The notes beneath the pieces were generated by a model. The model searched no databases, was not told the origin of the DNA, and saw nothing but the letters and a program-made list of their open reading frames with translations. Below are positions 51,664-60,549 of a stretch of DNA of 60,549 bases, in pieces. The DNA is from a virus (taxonomy: Duplodnaviria > Caudoviricetes). A program made the position numbers and the translations under genes. Within the stretch, counting starts at the first letter, position 1. Every line of letters starts with the position of its first letter. The stretch is from the IMG/VR virus record IMGVR_UViG_3300044638_004051, positions 1 to 60,549 of that record; one strand, written 5' to 3'.

Positions 51664-53615
51664 TGGCCGAGTCCGTAATCCGACAGCTTCAAGCGTCTCG
51701 CAAGTTCGACACGCTGCGAGTGCCGAAAGGGTACGACCAGAATGTCGGCGTAGACAAGAAGTTTGTGTCCGAGGGCGATCCGCTTCCATCGGACATGAGC
51801 AGTCTTGAGGCGGAGGTGCTTGGGCGTGCGCCCAAAGGCAAGGTGGTCGAGCAGGTCGGCATCCGCGAACCGGAAATTGTCGAGAAGGCTGGCTTCGACC
51901 TGATCGCCCGCTTCAAGAAGGCTGAAGACTCGCTTGGCGAGGACAGGACATCTCTTGATCCTCTGGCCGAGCATGTCTCTACCGTGGCTCGCGAGATGCG
52001 TGGTGGCGACGGTGGGTCGCCTGCCGTGTCGGCCGACGTTGCTGCGGCCCTGCTGGCTATCAAGCCGCAGACGCGAGACATGATCCTGCGCCGTGCTGGC
52101 AACCCTCCTGAGTTTGAGTCGCTTCGTCAAAGCGGTCTGGCGGACGTGCCCAAGGAAAAGAAGCTGACCAACGATCTGGCTCTGGCTGGTGGTCGCGCCC
52201 GTGTTCGCGAAGAAGAGGCGGACTTAGCTCGCCAGACATCGGCAGAGCGATTGCCACTGATAAAGCGCGACAGTTCTGTGATGGCACTGCCGGACAAGAT
52301 GAGCAAAGGCGGTGAGTTGGTTAAGTCCAGCAAGAGATACAAAGAGTTTAAGATCGATGATCAATCGCCGCTGGACGAGAAGGGTCCGCATACTCTTGCG
52401 GAAGAACGTCGAGCGCAGATAGCGGAAGAGCTTCGTGCGAAAGGCAAGACCGACAAGCAGATCGAGAAACAGATCGCAACCCGAGTCCCCGACCCGTCCA
52501 CGCAGAAGCTGACGGAAGGCCAGAGGCGCGCTCTTAATGCTCTGGCTGGAGACCAGATTGCAGAAGCCAAGGCCATCGAGAAGAAATACGACTCCGGTGC
52601 GAGGCTCCCGCAGCAGGTGCGGCCGGGGGAAGAGCCGCCTGTGCTGAAACGCACGAACGCTACTCCCGCCCGCAAGCCAACCCCCGCACAGGCTCGCATT
52701 CTTGAGGCTGCGGCCAAGGGCGACAAAACCTTAGAGGAGCTTGCCAAGGCAGCTGGCGCGAAGCCGGACGCAGTACGGCGGCTGCTGCGCAGCGGGCGGC
52801 TCGCCTACGCAGGTGAAGTGCGGGTACTGCCGAAGGATCAGCAGCTGCGGAAAGGCACGGACCCAAACTATTGGACGGCTAAAGACCGCAAGTCCGGCGT
52901 CCCAAACGTGGCCCGCACAGTTGACTATCGAAACAAGGGGCAGGCGACACGCGCCCTACAGCGTCTCTACGAACTGACCGCCCCCCAAACTGCTTTGACC
53001 GAGCAGGGTGCGCCCGTACACTTAGCCGCCGACAACACCTCGACCATCGACATGGACTCGATGTTTCCATGGTGGCGGATGCGGTTTGCCGACATGGATG
53101 ACAACGGCAAGATCGTCTATCCGAAGCAGCTTCCCAGTGCGGAGTTCATCACCGGCCTAATCGAGTCAAGGCTGAAGGTCACAGACCCCAAGTTTTTTGA
53201 TCGAGTGCTGCCGCTTATTCGACGCTCTATCGAAGCCGCGCCGGACCAGCCGAATCCTTTCACGGAAAGCGCAGGAACTACCGCTCATCAGTATTCCCAG
53301 ATGGTGATGCTGCCAAGCCCGTCATTCCAGAAAATGATGAAGCAGGCGGTTGAGGAGAGAACCTCCGCCACGCCCGTCTATCGGCCTACCGCAGTCGATT
53401 ATCACATGCGGTATCCGATCTACGGCCCGCGCGCTGTGGATCGGCCGGATGTAGAGGCTCCCGAGCGTCATCCGTTCAAGGGCGAGAAGCCGTCCGACAA
53501 AGCAAAAAGCCAAGTGCAAAAGCTCCGCGAACTGCTTGGCAAGCCCGGTTTAGAGGATCAAGGGTCCATATACAGGATGCCCGCCAACTCCCCTATGAGA
53601 GCCTTACTGGCCTGA
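51663..53615 (+). CDS. Hypothetical (putative internal virion) protein
   Basis: 650-aa ORF; TAATG coupling. Confidence 0.65.
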   Translation: MAESVIRQLQASRKFDTLRVPKGYDQNVGVDKKFVSEGDPLPSDMSSLEAEVLGRAPKGKVVEQVGIREPEIVEKAGFDLIARFKKAEDSLGEDRTSLDPLAEHVSTVAREMRGGDGGSPAVSADVAAALLAIKPQTRDMILRRAGNPPEFESLRQSGLADVPKEKKLTNDLALAGGRARVREEEADLARQTSAERLPLIKRDSSVMALPDKMSKGGELVKSSKRYKEFKIDDQSPLDEKGPHTLAEERRAQIAEELRAKGKTDKQIEKQIATRVPDPSTQKLTEGQRRALNALAGDQIAEAKAIEKKYDSGARLPQQVRPGEEPPVLKRTNATPARKPTPAQARILEAAAKGDKTLEELAKAAGAKPDAVRRLLRSGRLAYAGEVRVLPKDQQLRKGTDPNYWTAKDRKSGVPNVARTVDYRNKGQATRALQRLYELTAPQTALTEQGAPVHLAADNTSTIDMDSMFPWWRMRFADMDDNGKIVYPKQLPSAEFITGLIESRLKVTDPKFFDRVLPLIRRSIEAAPDQPNPFTESAGTTAHQYSQMVMLPSPSFQKMMKQAVEERTSATPVYRPTAVDYHMRYPIYGPRAVDRPDVEAPERHPFKGEKPSDKAKSQVQKLRELLGKPGLEDQGSIYRMPANSPMRALLA

Positions 53616-53618
53616 CCA

Positions 53619-55130
53619 ATGTCACAAGCATCTGTACGCAAAGCGTTCATCAAGACATTCGGCCTGCCGTCTGACGGCAAGACGTTCTTGGCTGATTACG
53701 ACGGCAACGTCCAGAACCTGTCTGGCTTGCAGGTCGCCATTGACGAGAAGGGCGATCCCGAGCTTTCCGCGTTTTGGGACAGCCTGCTGGAGAAGAGCGA
53801 CGGCACCACCAAGGGGCTGGCCAGCACCATCCACGGCGAACTGTACCCGGGTAAAAAGAGCGGGATTCGCAACAAGCAGCCTGACGCTGCTCCGGAGAAG
53901 ATGGAAGGCACCACGATGCCTGCATCCAGCACTGCGGACAGCGGCACTCTTGGCCCCACTCCGTATGAGAGTCTGTCTGACGCCGACAAGCAGAGGCTCA
54001 CTGCCGGTGGGTTCCCTGCTTCTGACATCGGCGGCTGGACTGCGGACGATCTTCAGCTGACCCTTAATACACTGGATAAGCAAACAAGCAAGGGCAAGAG
54101 CAAGGGCAGGCAACCTGCTGCGCCGCCAAAGCAAGCAGCCGCTGCAACTACCCCACCTGCTGCTGCCACTCCTCCAGCTGCCGCTCCGCCGCAGCGTCCG
54201 GTGCCGACTGACCCCAACGATCCTATCCCCGGTGCGATGGGCATCACGCAGTCTGACCTCGATGCCGTCAACGACCCGATCCCCGGCCCTCTGGGTGCGC
54301 TTCAGCGTTACGGCCTGACACGCGAAGACGCTCTGCGATACGCGGACTCAGAAGAGATGCTTCCGGCAGGCATCATGGGAGAGCCTAGCGAACCGCCAGC
54401 GATGGACATGGGCCGACTTGCCGCTGCTGCTACGCCGTCGCCAATGCCATCACCAGCTGTTGTCTCTGATGCGGCTGCTCCATCCATGCCCGCGCCAGTA
54501 GACCCGCTTGGCGGCATGACCGCTGACCAGATTCTGCAAGCACTTGGTGCGCTCGACTACGCACCGGAGCAGTCCGTGACGCCGATGAGCGTCACGCTTC
54601 CAGACACATTTACGCCGCCTGCCACTCCGCAGTCTGGGATACTTGCTGGCCTGACGGGGGATGATTTGTCCTACGGTCCCGGCAATAGGCCGCAGCCCAA
54701 GAACCCGTGGACTAGCACCGCTGGCATGGAACCTGAACCAGTAGGCGGTCCCACGCTGCCGCCGCCGACACCCACGGAGACTTCTGCTGCTGGACCGTAT
54801 CGACCAGTGACCAGCCGGGTTGATGCGTTCATGAAGGCTCGCGGGCTTGAAGGGATGAACACCGGGGCAATCACGAAGCCCATGGATTTCGTGATCCGCA
54901 ACTCGCCATGGATTGTCCCCGCTGCTGTTGGTGCTTACGGTCTGAACAAGATGTTTGGCGGCAGTAGTACGCCGCCGCAGACAACGGACGAAGCCACCAT
55001 GCAGCAGCTTGAGCAGATGCGCGACCAAGCCCGCGCCAACATGGAAGCTACGTTTGGTGGCATGTCGCCGCCTACGCAGCCCATGCAGCCCCAGCCCAAG
55101 CCGCAACGCCCGACAGGCCGCTCGCTTTAG
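53619..55130 (+). CDS. Pro/Ala-rich protein with C-terminal hydrophobic segment
   Basis: 503-aa ORF; WIVPAAVGAYGL segment. Confidence 0.65.
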   Translation: MSQASVRKAFIKTFGLPSDGKTFLADYDGNVQNLSGLQVAIDEKGDPELSAFWDSLLEKSDGTTKGLASTIHGELYPGKKSGIRNKQPDAAPEKMEGTTMPASSTADSGTLGPTPYESLSDADKQRLTAGGFPASDIGGWTADDLQLTLNTLDKQTSKGKSKGRQPAAPPKQAAAATTPPAAATPPAAAPPQRPVPTDPNDPIPGAMGITQSDLDAVNDPIPGPLGALQRYGLTREDALRYADSEEMLPAGIMGEPSEPPAMDMGRLAAAATPSPMPSPAVVSDAAAPSMPAPVDPLGGMTADQILQALGALDYAPEQSVTPMSVTLPDTFTPPATPQSGILAGLTGDDLSYGPGNRPQPKNPWTSTAGMEPEPVGGPTLPPPTPTETSAAGPYRPVTSRVDAFMKARGLEGMNTGAITKPMDFVIRNSPWIVPAAVGAYGLNKMFGGSSTPPQTTDEATMQQLEQMRDQARANMEATFGGMSPPTQPMQPQPKPQRPTGRSL

Positions 55131-55147
55131 TCACAAGGATTTAGCTC

Positions 55148-56299
55148 ATGCCAGATGCCGTAAAGATCAGCGAACTGCCGCCGCTCTCGTCTGTACAACC
55201 GGGCGATATCCTGCCCATCGTTGATGAGGCACTCACCCAGACATTCAAGGCTACCGCTGGGCAGATTGCAGGCATCGGTGGCGGGCCTCCCGGCGACGGG
55301 ATGGTCACAACGCCCAAACTGTTCAACGGCGCGGTGACCTACCCAAAGATTCAGCCGGTGACAGCCGACCGTTTGCTTGGCCGTGCCACTGCCGGGACTG
55401 GCGTTGTTGAGGAAATACCATGCACGGGTTTCATGCGTGGTGTGCTTGCCGCCGCTGACTCCGCCGCCGCTTGCTCTGCCATTGGTGCGCTGACCTCAAC
55501 CGTAGACGCCTCGTTCACTGGTCCGGCCAAGTTTGCGGACGGCACGGCTGCTGCACCATCTATCACGAACATTGGCGATACCAACACCGGGATGTTCTTC
55601 CCTGCCGCGAACACCATCGGATTCTCAAACGATGGTTATGAGCGACTGCGGCTAGGTGAAGACGGAACGCTGTACGCCAACTTCCCCGGAACCTCGATCA
55701 GCACTGAACTGCGATCTGCCTACATGGGCAGGGCGTGGATCAACTTCGATGGGACTGGTGGTGGGTCGCAGACGATTGCCAATCAGCATCTCATCTGCCA
55801 GCGATACGTTGGAGTATGGGGCAGTCTTCTCGATGACGCATCTACTCGCAGCAGGATTCAGACGCTTGAGTCTGGGTACGGAAACACACTGACCTTTCCG
55901 GCGAACTACACAATCGGAACAGAAAACCGGACGAACTACACATCGCCGGGCGACAACACGCACTTCCGATGGAACGGCTCCGCATGGGTTTCGGTCCCCG
56001 CCTCAACAGGTAGCTGGATCGGGCAGGTAGTTCTTACCAGCACCTCGCCCGTCACTGTTCGCAACGCGGGCAATGTGTCCAGCGTCACGCGGTCTGGCGT
56101 TGGCACATACATCATTAACTTCTCGGCCGCGATGCCGGATGCCACTTACGCCGTGGCTGGAACATGTGTGACTGGTGTTGTCCGCATCACCAGTGTTGCC
56201 GCGAGTTCAGTCCAAGTGCAGGCGGTCACCCTTGGCACTACTGCTGCAAACCCCGCCGCTTTTGACGCCTCTCAGATTCACCTAATTGCAATACGGTAG
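55148..56299 (+). CDS. Tail fibre-like protein
   Basis: KISELP N-terminus, DTNTGMFFPAA repeat, RAWINFDG...NVSSVTR.G.G.Y.INF C-terminal domain. Confidence 0.7.
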   Translation: MPDAVKISELPPLSSVQPGDILPIVDEALTQTFKATAGQIAGIGGGPPGDGMVTTPKLFNGAVTYPKIQPVTADRLLGRATAGTGVVEEIPCTGFMRGVLAAADSAAACSAIGALTSTVDASFTGPAKFADGTAAAPSITNIGDTNTGMFFPAANTIGFSNDGYERLRLGEDGTLYANFPGTSISTELRSAYMGRAWINFDGTGGGSQTIANQHLICQRYVGVWGSLLDDASTRSRIQTLESGYGNTLTFPANYTIGTENRTNYTSPGDNTHFRWNGSAWVSVPASTGSWIGQVVLTSTSPVTVRNAGNVSSVTRSGVGTYIINFSAAMPDATYAVAGTCVTGVVRITSVAASSVQVQAVTLGTTAANPAAFDASQIHLIAIR

Positions 56300-56303
56300 C
56301 CAA

Positions 56304-56561
56304 ATGAACCAGCTGATTGTTTACCCGTGCGATGGCTCGCTGGCCGTTGTATACCCGTGCGCGGACTGCGGATTGCCCGTGAGCGAGATCGCTCGCAAGG
56401 ACGTTCCTGCTGGAGTGCCTTATCTGATCGTCAACGCGAGCGATCTACCAGAGGATCGCACGTACCGCGATGCGTGGACGGCTGACTTTTCACAGCCAGA
56501 CGGTATCGGCATTGGGGCCGATGCGTGGTTTGCAGAGCGGGCCGAACAGGAGAATAACTGA
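56304..56561 (+). CDS. Tail fibre assembly/chaperone-like protein
   Basis: IARKDVPAGVPYLIV...LP.DRTYRDAW. Confidence 0.7.
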   Translation: MNQLIVYPCDGSLAVVYPCADCGLPVSEIARKDVPAGVPYLIVNASDLPEDRTYRDAWTADFSQPDGIGIGADAWFAERAEQENN

Positions 56562-56905
56562 TGGGCATCGTTACTGTGGACCCTGCCAAGAAGGCGGCGA
56601 TTGACCGGGCGACGGCAATGCGCGAAGTGGATGCGTGGTTTCAGACCAAGCTCGACGCCGGGTACACGGCGGATGGCGGCTACGTGCTGGGCCTTAGCGA
56701 TCCTGACGTGACGTTGCTCACCGGCAACTTTGTCTTGGCAAAAGAAGCAGCAGCCCTTGGTGCGCCCATTCCCCCCGTGATTGATAAGAACGGTGGCGTT
56801 CACGCCGTGAGCAGCATCGAAGACCTCACCACACTCATGCTTTCCTATGGGCAGTATCGGGCAACTCTCTCGTCAGAGTACGCACAGCGTAGGGCCGCTA
56901 CCTAA
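56561..56905 (+). CDS. Tail fibre-associated protein (DUF4376-like)
   Basis: Position and size. Confidence 0.5.
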   Translation: MGIVTVDPAKKAAIDRATAMREVDAWFQTKLDAGYTADGGYVLGLSDPDVTLLTGNFVLAKEAAALGAPIPPVIDKNGGVHAVSSIEDLTTLMLSYGQYRATLSSEYAQRRAAT

Positions 56906-59034
56906 TGGCACGACAACAGCAACGACGCGGGACAGCTGCTGCGCTCGCCGCCGCCAACGAACTTCCGTTGGCTGGGCAGATTTACGTTGAGTATGTCGAT
57001 GCGAACACATACCGCATAAAGGTCGGCAACGGTACGCAGCGATACAACGATCTGCCTTATCTGTCTTCCAACCCCGGCATCTCGGAGGTGGCCGGACTGA
57101 CTGCCGCACTTGCGGGCAAGCAGGCAGCTGGCAGCTACGCGGCACAGTCTCACTCGCATGTCGCGGCGAACATCAGCGATTTTGCGAGCGCGGTGACCAC
57201 GGTTGCACCACCCACTGTCGATGCCAGCCTGCTAACCACAGGCACTTTGTCTGCCGCACGGCTCCCGGCATCAGTAGTCCTCACCACCGACAGCCGTCTG
57301 TCTGACGCCCGCACGCCTAGTTCGCACACGCACGGAAACATCACCAACGCCGGTTCAATTGGGACAACGAGTGGACAGATTGTTGTTACGGGCACCAGCG
57401 GCGCGCTGACAACCGCCGCGCAGATTTCCGCATCGAGCGTGTCTGGCCTTGCTACGGTAGCCACCACAGGAAGCTACAACGACCTTTCCAACAAGCCAAC
57501 GATTCCAGCGGCGTACACGCTGCCCAACGCAACGACTACAACGCTGGGTGGTGTGATAGTTGGCACCGGGCTTGGGGTATCCAGCGGGACGGTAAGCGTA
57601 ACTTACGGCACGGCAGCAAGCACTGCATGTCAGGGGAATGATGCCCGCTTGTCGGATGCTCGCACCCCTCTGACGCATGTCCATGCTGCATCGGACATCA
57701 CCAGCGGCGTCATTGCCGCTGCCCGGTTAGGTACTGGAATAGCGGATAGCACTACGTTCCTTCGTGGCGACGGCACTTGGCAAGTTGGCACGGGCGGCTC
57801 TGGCTCTGGAATAACGCAAGCCGACGCCGATGTGAGGTACGTCAACACGGCTGGCGACACCATGACCGGCAACCTGACTGTGTCTGCGACAGGCGACCGG
57901 ATTGTCGCCGTCACCAGCACAAGCGCGGGCAGTGCGTCCATTAACGTAACTTCTGGCGCAAACGCTGGGCAGTTGTCGCAATTGGGAACGACACTTTACG
58001 CCACGAACTATGCGTCCGGCGGAATCATGGCCTTCACTCAAGCGGGTGCGGGAACCATTCGCCTTCTGGTGAACAATATCATTGCCCTGAGTGCGACCGA
58101 CACGACACTCACTACACCCGGCTCTGTCGGCATCGGCACGACTGCGCCAACAACCAAGTTGCATGTGTCCGACACTGCTGCTGCACCGCAACTCTTGGTG
58201 ACCTCTGCCAACACCAGCACCGGGGCTTTGTTGTTTGGCGATACCGATAGCAATACCAGCGGTCGCGTCCAATACAACCATCAGTTTGATGTGCTTCAGT
58301 TCTTCGCTGCGGGATCGGAACGGGCGCGCGTCACTAATGTGGCCTTCTATGTTGCCCCCAGCGGCAGCGCAACGCAGCCGTGTATAGCCTCCAGCAGCGA
58401 CGGTGGCACAGGGCTGTGGTTCCCTGCCGCAGGAACAATTGCCGTTTCCGCTAGCGGCGTCGAGCGTCTGCGGATCGACAGCACTGGCATCACCACTCTT
58501 TCAGGTGCGCTCACGGCACAGGGTGCTGTAACAGGCACCACGCATATCTCCACCGGCGGCAGAAGCCTGTTCACGGCTGGACTGACCACTGACGCCCTGT
58601 ACCCCATCGGTGTACGGCAGCAGGGGGGCGGGTATGTCTACCTTGGTGCGACTGACGCCACCGCAACCCCCGGCATGCAGATCAGCAGCGCGGGTGGTGG
58701 AGCGATGATCTCCTGCACCAACGCGGGGGCCGTCAGCATCCCCGGCAGCTTGAGCGTTGCCGGAAACGCTGTGGTGGTGACAAATGATTTTCGACTGACG
58801 GATGCCCGCTCGCCGCTAGCGCATGTCCACGGCAACATCACCAACGCCGGGGCCATCGGCTCGACCAGCGGCCAGATAGTTGTCACCGGGGCCAGCGGTG
58901 TGCTGACAACCGCAGCGACAATCGCCGCTGCATCCGTAAGCGGTTTATCCGCCGTCGCCACAAGCGGCAATTACAACGACCTGACCAACAAGCCGTCTGC
59001 CTCGTCGCGTGCTTTGATATTTGCCCTTAACTGA
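56905..59034 (+). CDS. Tail fibre protein
   Basis: QQRRGTAA...KVGNG...NDLPY N-terminal domain; HxH and LSDARTP fibre repeats. Confidence 0.8.
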   Translation: MARQQQRRGTAAALAAANELPLAGQIYVEYVDANTYRIKVGNGTQRYNDLPYLSSNPGISEVAGLTAALAGKQAAGSYAAQSHSHVAANISDFASAVTTVAPPTVDASLLTTGTLSAARLPASVVLTTDSRLSDARTPSSHTHGNITNAGSIGTTSGQIVVTGTSGALTTAAQISASSVSGLATVATTGSYNDLSNKPTIPAAYTLPNATTTTLGGVIVGTGLGVSSGTVSVTYGTAASTACQGNDARLSDARTPLTHVHAASDITSGVIAAARLGTGIADSTTFLRGDGTWQVGTGGSGSGITQADADVRYVNTAGDTMTGNLTVSATGDRIVAVTSTSAGSASINVTSGANAGQLSQLGTTLYATNYASGGIMAFTQAGAGTIRLLVNNIIALSATDTTLTTPGSVGIGTTAPTTKLHVSDTAAAPQLLVTSANTSTGALLFGDTDSNTSGRVQYNHQFDVLQFFAAGSERARVTNVAFYVAPSGSATQPCIASSSDGGTGLWFPAAGTIAVSASGVERLRIDSTGITTLSGALTAQGAVTGTTHISTGGRSLFTAGLTTDALYPIGVRQQGGGYVYLGATDATATPGMQISSAGGGAMISCTNAGAVSIPGSLSVAGNAVVVTNDFRLTDARSPLAHVHGNITNAGAIGSTSGQIVVTGASGVLTTAATIAAASVSGLSAVATSGNYNDLTNKPSASSRALIFALN

Positions 59035-59042
59035 AAACACTC

Positions 59043-59417
59043 ATGGCAAACCCTAACCTCAACACAGCCACCACCGTCACGGCGGCAAATAACTCTGTAC
59101 TGCTGACCACCACCGCTGAAACACAGCTTCTCTCCAACCCTGCTGGAAGCGGCAAGTTGATGCAGATTGATGGCTTGTGGGCGGCGAACGTCTCTGCCTC
59201 ATCTGGGTCAACGATTACGGTCACGCTGTACCGAAATGCGACCAATACTGGAACCGCGTACCGGATCGCTTCAACCGTCAACATCGCGCTCAACTCGACG
59301 CTCGCAGTCATCACTAAAAACAACGGCGTGACGCTCATGGAGGGGCAGTCGATCTATGTCACTCCCAGCGTTGCCAATGTGCTGGCGGTCAACATCTTCT
59401 ACAAGGAATTCAGTTGA
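59043..59417 (+). CDS. Small beta-rich tail-associated protein
   Basis: MANPNL N-terminus; similar to the 59656 gene. Confidence 0.65.
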   Translation: MANPNLNTATTVTAANNSVLLTTTAETQLLSNPAGSGKLMQIDGLWAANVSASSGSTITVTLYRNATNTGTAYRIASTVNIALNSTLAVITKNNGVTLMEGQSIYVTPSVANVLAVNIFYKEFS

Positions 59418-59656
59418 TGAAGCCGAGTAGAAAGTTCGCGCTCGACGGCGAAGCTAAACCCAATCCTTCCAACCGAAGCGGCTGCTTTCAGCTTGACGGC
59501 GACCCAGAGGAGGACGGGAGGCTTGGACTCAATCCTTTCGTTGGACTGTGGACAGGACTCGCCACCCTCGATGCGATCACTACACACCTTCCTCCATCTA
59601 ATGCACTCGTCCCGTTTTATTTCGCTGACACATTGCCGTTTTACTGGAGCAAATAA
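59414..59656 (+). CDS. Hypothetical protein
   Basis: Coupled on both sides. Confidence 0.45.
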   Translation: MMKPSRKFALDGEAKPNPSNRSGCFQLDGDPEEDGRLGLNPFVGLWTGLATLDAITTHLPPSNALVPFYFADTLPFYWSK

Positions 59657-60012
59657 TGCCTGCCCCCGATCTCGCACGACCCGCAAAGGTCGAAGCCAAG
59701 ATGCAGATGATCAAGCCCGCCAACGCAGCCGTCCAGACGGTGCTGACCTGCCCAGCGGACTCTGTCATGAGGGTGCGAACCATCTATGTAGCCAACAACA
59801 CCGCTGCGGCACAGACGTTTAATCTTTACATCCGTCGCAGTAGCGTTGACTTCTTCCTGCACACGGGCGTGACCGTCCCGCTCCGCAATCTGTTCAACGC
59901 AACAACGGTCGATGACGCCCTGTATCTGGAAGCAGGCGACAGTTTGCTCTTCAATCAAGCGGCAACCTCTGCGGCCCTAACCCTGTTTGTTGGTTACGAA
60001 CTGGTGACCTGA
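59656..60012 (+). CDS. Small beta-rich tail-associated protein
   Basis: IYVAN...LYLEAGDSL...GYE; paralog-like to 59043. Confidence 0.65.
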   Translation: MPAPDLARPAKVEAKMQMIKPANAAVQTVLTCPADSVMRVRTIYVANNTAAAQTFNLYIRRSSVDFFLHTGVTVPLRNLFNATTVDDALYLEAGDSLLFNQAATSAALTLFVGYELVT

Positions 60013-60549
60013 TGCCAAAGGCAAACTACGGATTCAAGGGCGGCGGGCTGACGCTCGCGCAGGCTATCGAAGCCGGTGCGTCTGTGTCCTCGCAGGAGTA
60101 CGGCTACTTCGTGCAGCTTGGCGGCGTGACCCCGCTCACTCCCCCCGGCGCGCCGACCGGCCTGACGGCCACTCCCGGCAACGCACAGGTCGCGCTCGCA
60201 TGGACAGCCCCGTCATCCGCAGGAAGCAGCGCAGTGACGGGCTATGAGATCGTCTATGTGGCGGATAGCGGTAGTGAGGTGACTGTCTCCGCTGCTGGCA
60301 CTAGCGCGACCATCACCGGCCTGACCAACGGCACGACCTATAACTTTTCCGTATCCGCGCTCAACGCTTCGGCTGGGGCCGGTACGCCCGCCAGCGTCAG
60401 CGGCACGCCTGTTGCGTCCAATCCATTCACCGGCTTCGCGCGCCCCACCGACAACTATGGCGGCAGCGTTGGGGTCCAGCCGTGGCCCGCCACTTGGTCC
60501 AACACAAGCAACTCTTTCACACGCACAACCTTCCAAGGTTATTCTCCTT
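60012..60549 (+). CDS. Fibronectin type III domain protein (5' part; continues at base 1)
   Basis: PGAPTGLTATPGNAQVALAWTAP...TGYEI...ITGLTNGTTYNFSVSALN; open to the window end. Confidence 0.85.
   Translation, partial: MPKANYGFKGGGLTLAQAIEAGASVSSQEYGYFVQLGGVTPLTPPGAPTGLTATPGNAQVALAWTAPSSAGSSAVTGYEIVYVADSGSEVTVSAAGTSATITGLTNGTTYNFSVSALNASAGAGTPASVSGTPVASNPFTGFARPTDNYGGSVGVQPWPATWSNTSNSFTRTTFQGYSP

Noticed and set aside
57290-58995. Possible diversity-generating retroelement TR/VR pair in the tail fibre
   Set aside because: Differences are mostly synonymous and not adenine-specific, both copies are in frame in one gene, and no reverse transcriptase ORF was seen

Overview
The window looks like an essentially complete, circularly permuted genome (~60.5 kb, GC-rich) of a temperate podovirus-like dsDNA phage. 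An Fn3-domain ORF starting at 60012 runs off the end and continues in frame into bases 1-194. Modules: (1) putative ejection/internal virion proteins (745-8264); (2) tyrosine integrase next to a tRNA-Met(CAT)-like fragment (candidate attP) lying inside the first gene of a recombination/replication operon (RecE-like exonuclease, ERF, SF2 helicase, HNH, Holliday junction resolvase, NMAD1); (3) a membrane-protein plus papain-like protease cluster (candidate lysis cassette) and a sigma-70-like factor; (4) a divergent accessory region (19.1-28.5 kb) with a serine recombinase, a MoxR-AAA/VWA-peptidase triad and small genes preceded by repeated G-rich structured intergenic modules; (5) a non-coding candidate terminus/pac region (28.5-29.2 kb); (6) head and tail genes (ART-like protein, scaffold, capsid, terminases, portal, adaptor, nozzle, fibres). 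I recognised no DNA polymerase, primase, CI-type repressor, classical endolysin, tape measure, reverse transcriptase or CRISPR array. A Planctomycetota host is an inference from protein-family recognition only. The most notable signals are the repeated ~200-nt cassette-like intergenic module, the attP-in-gene arrangement, the protease-based lysis candidate and shared targeting-like motifs in the putative ejected proteins. All family assignments are by-eye motif recognition, not database results.
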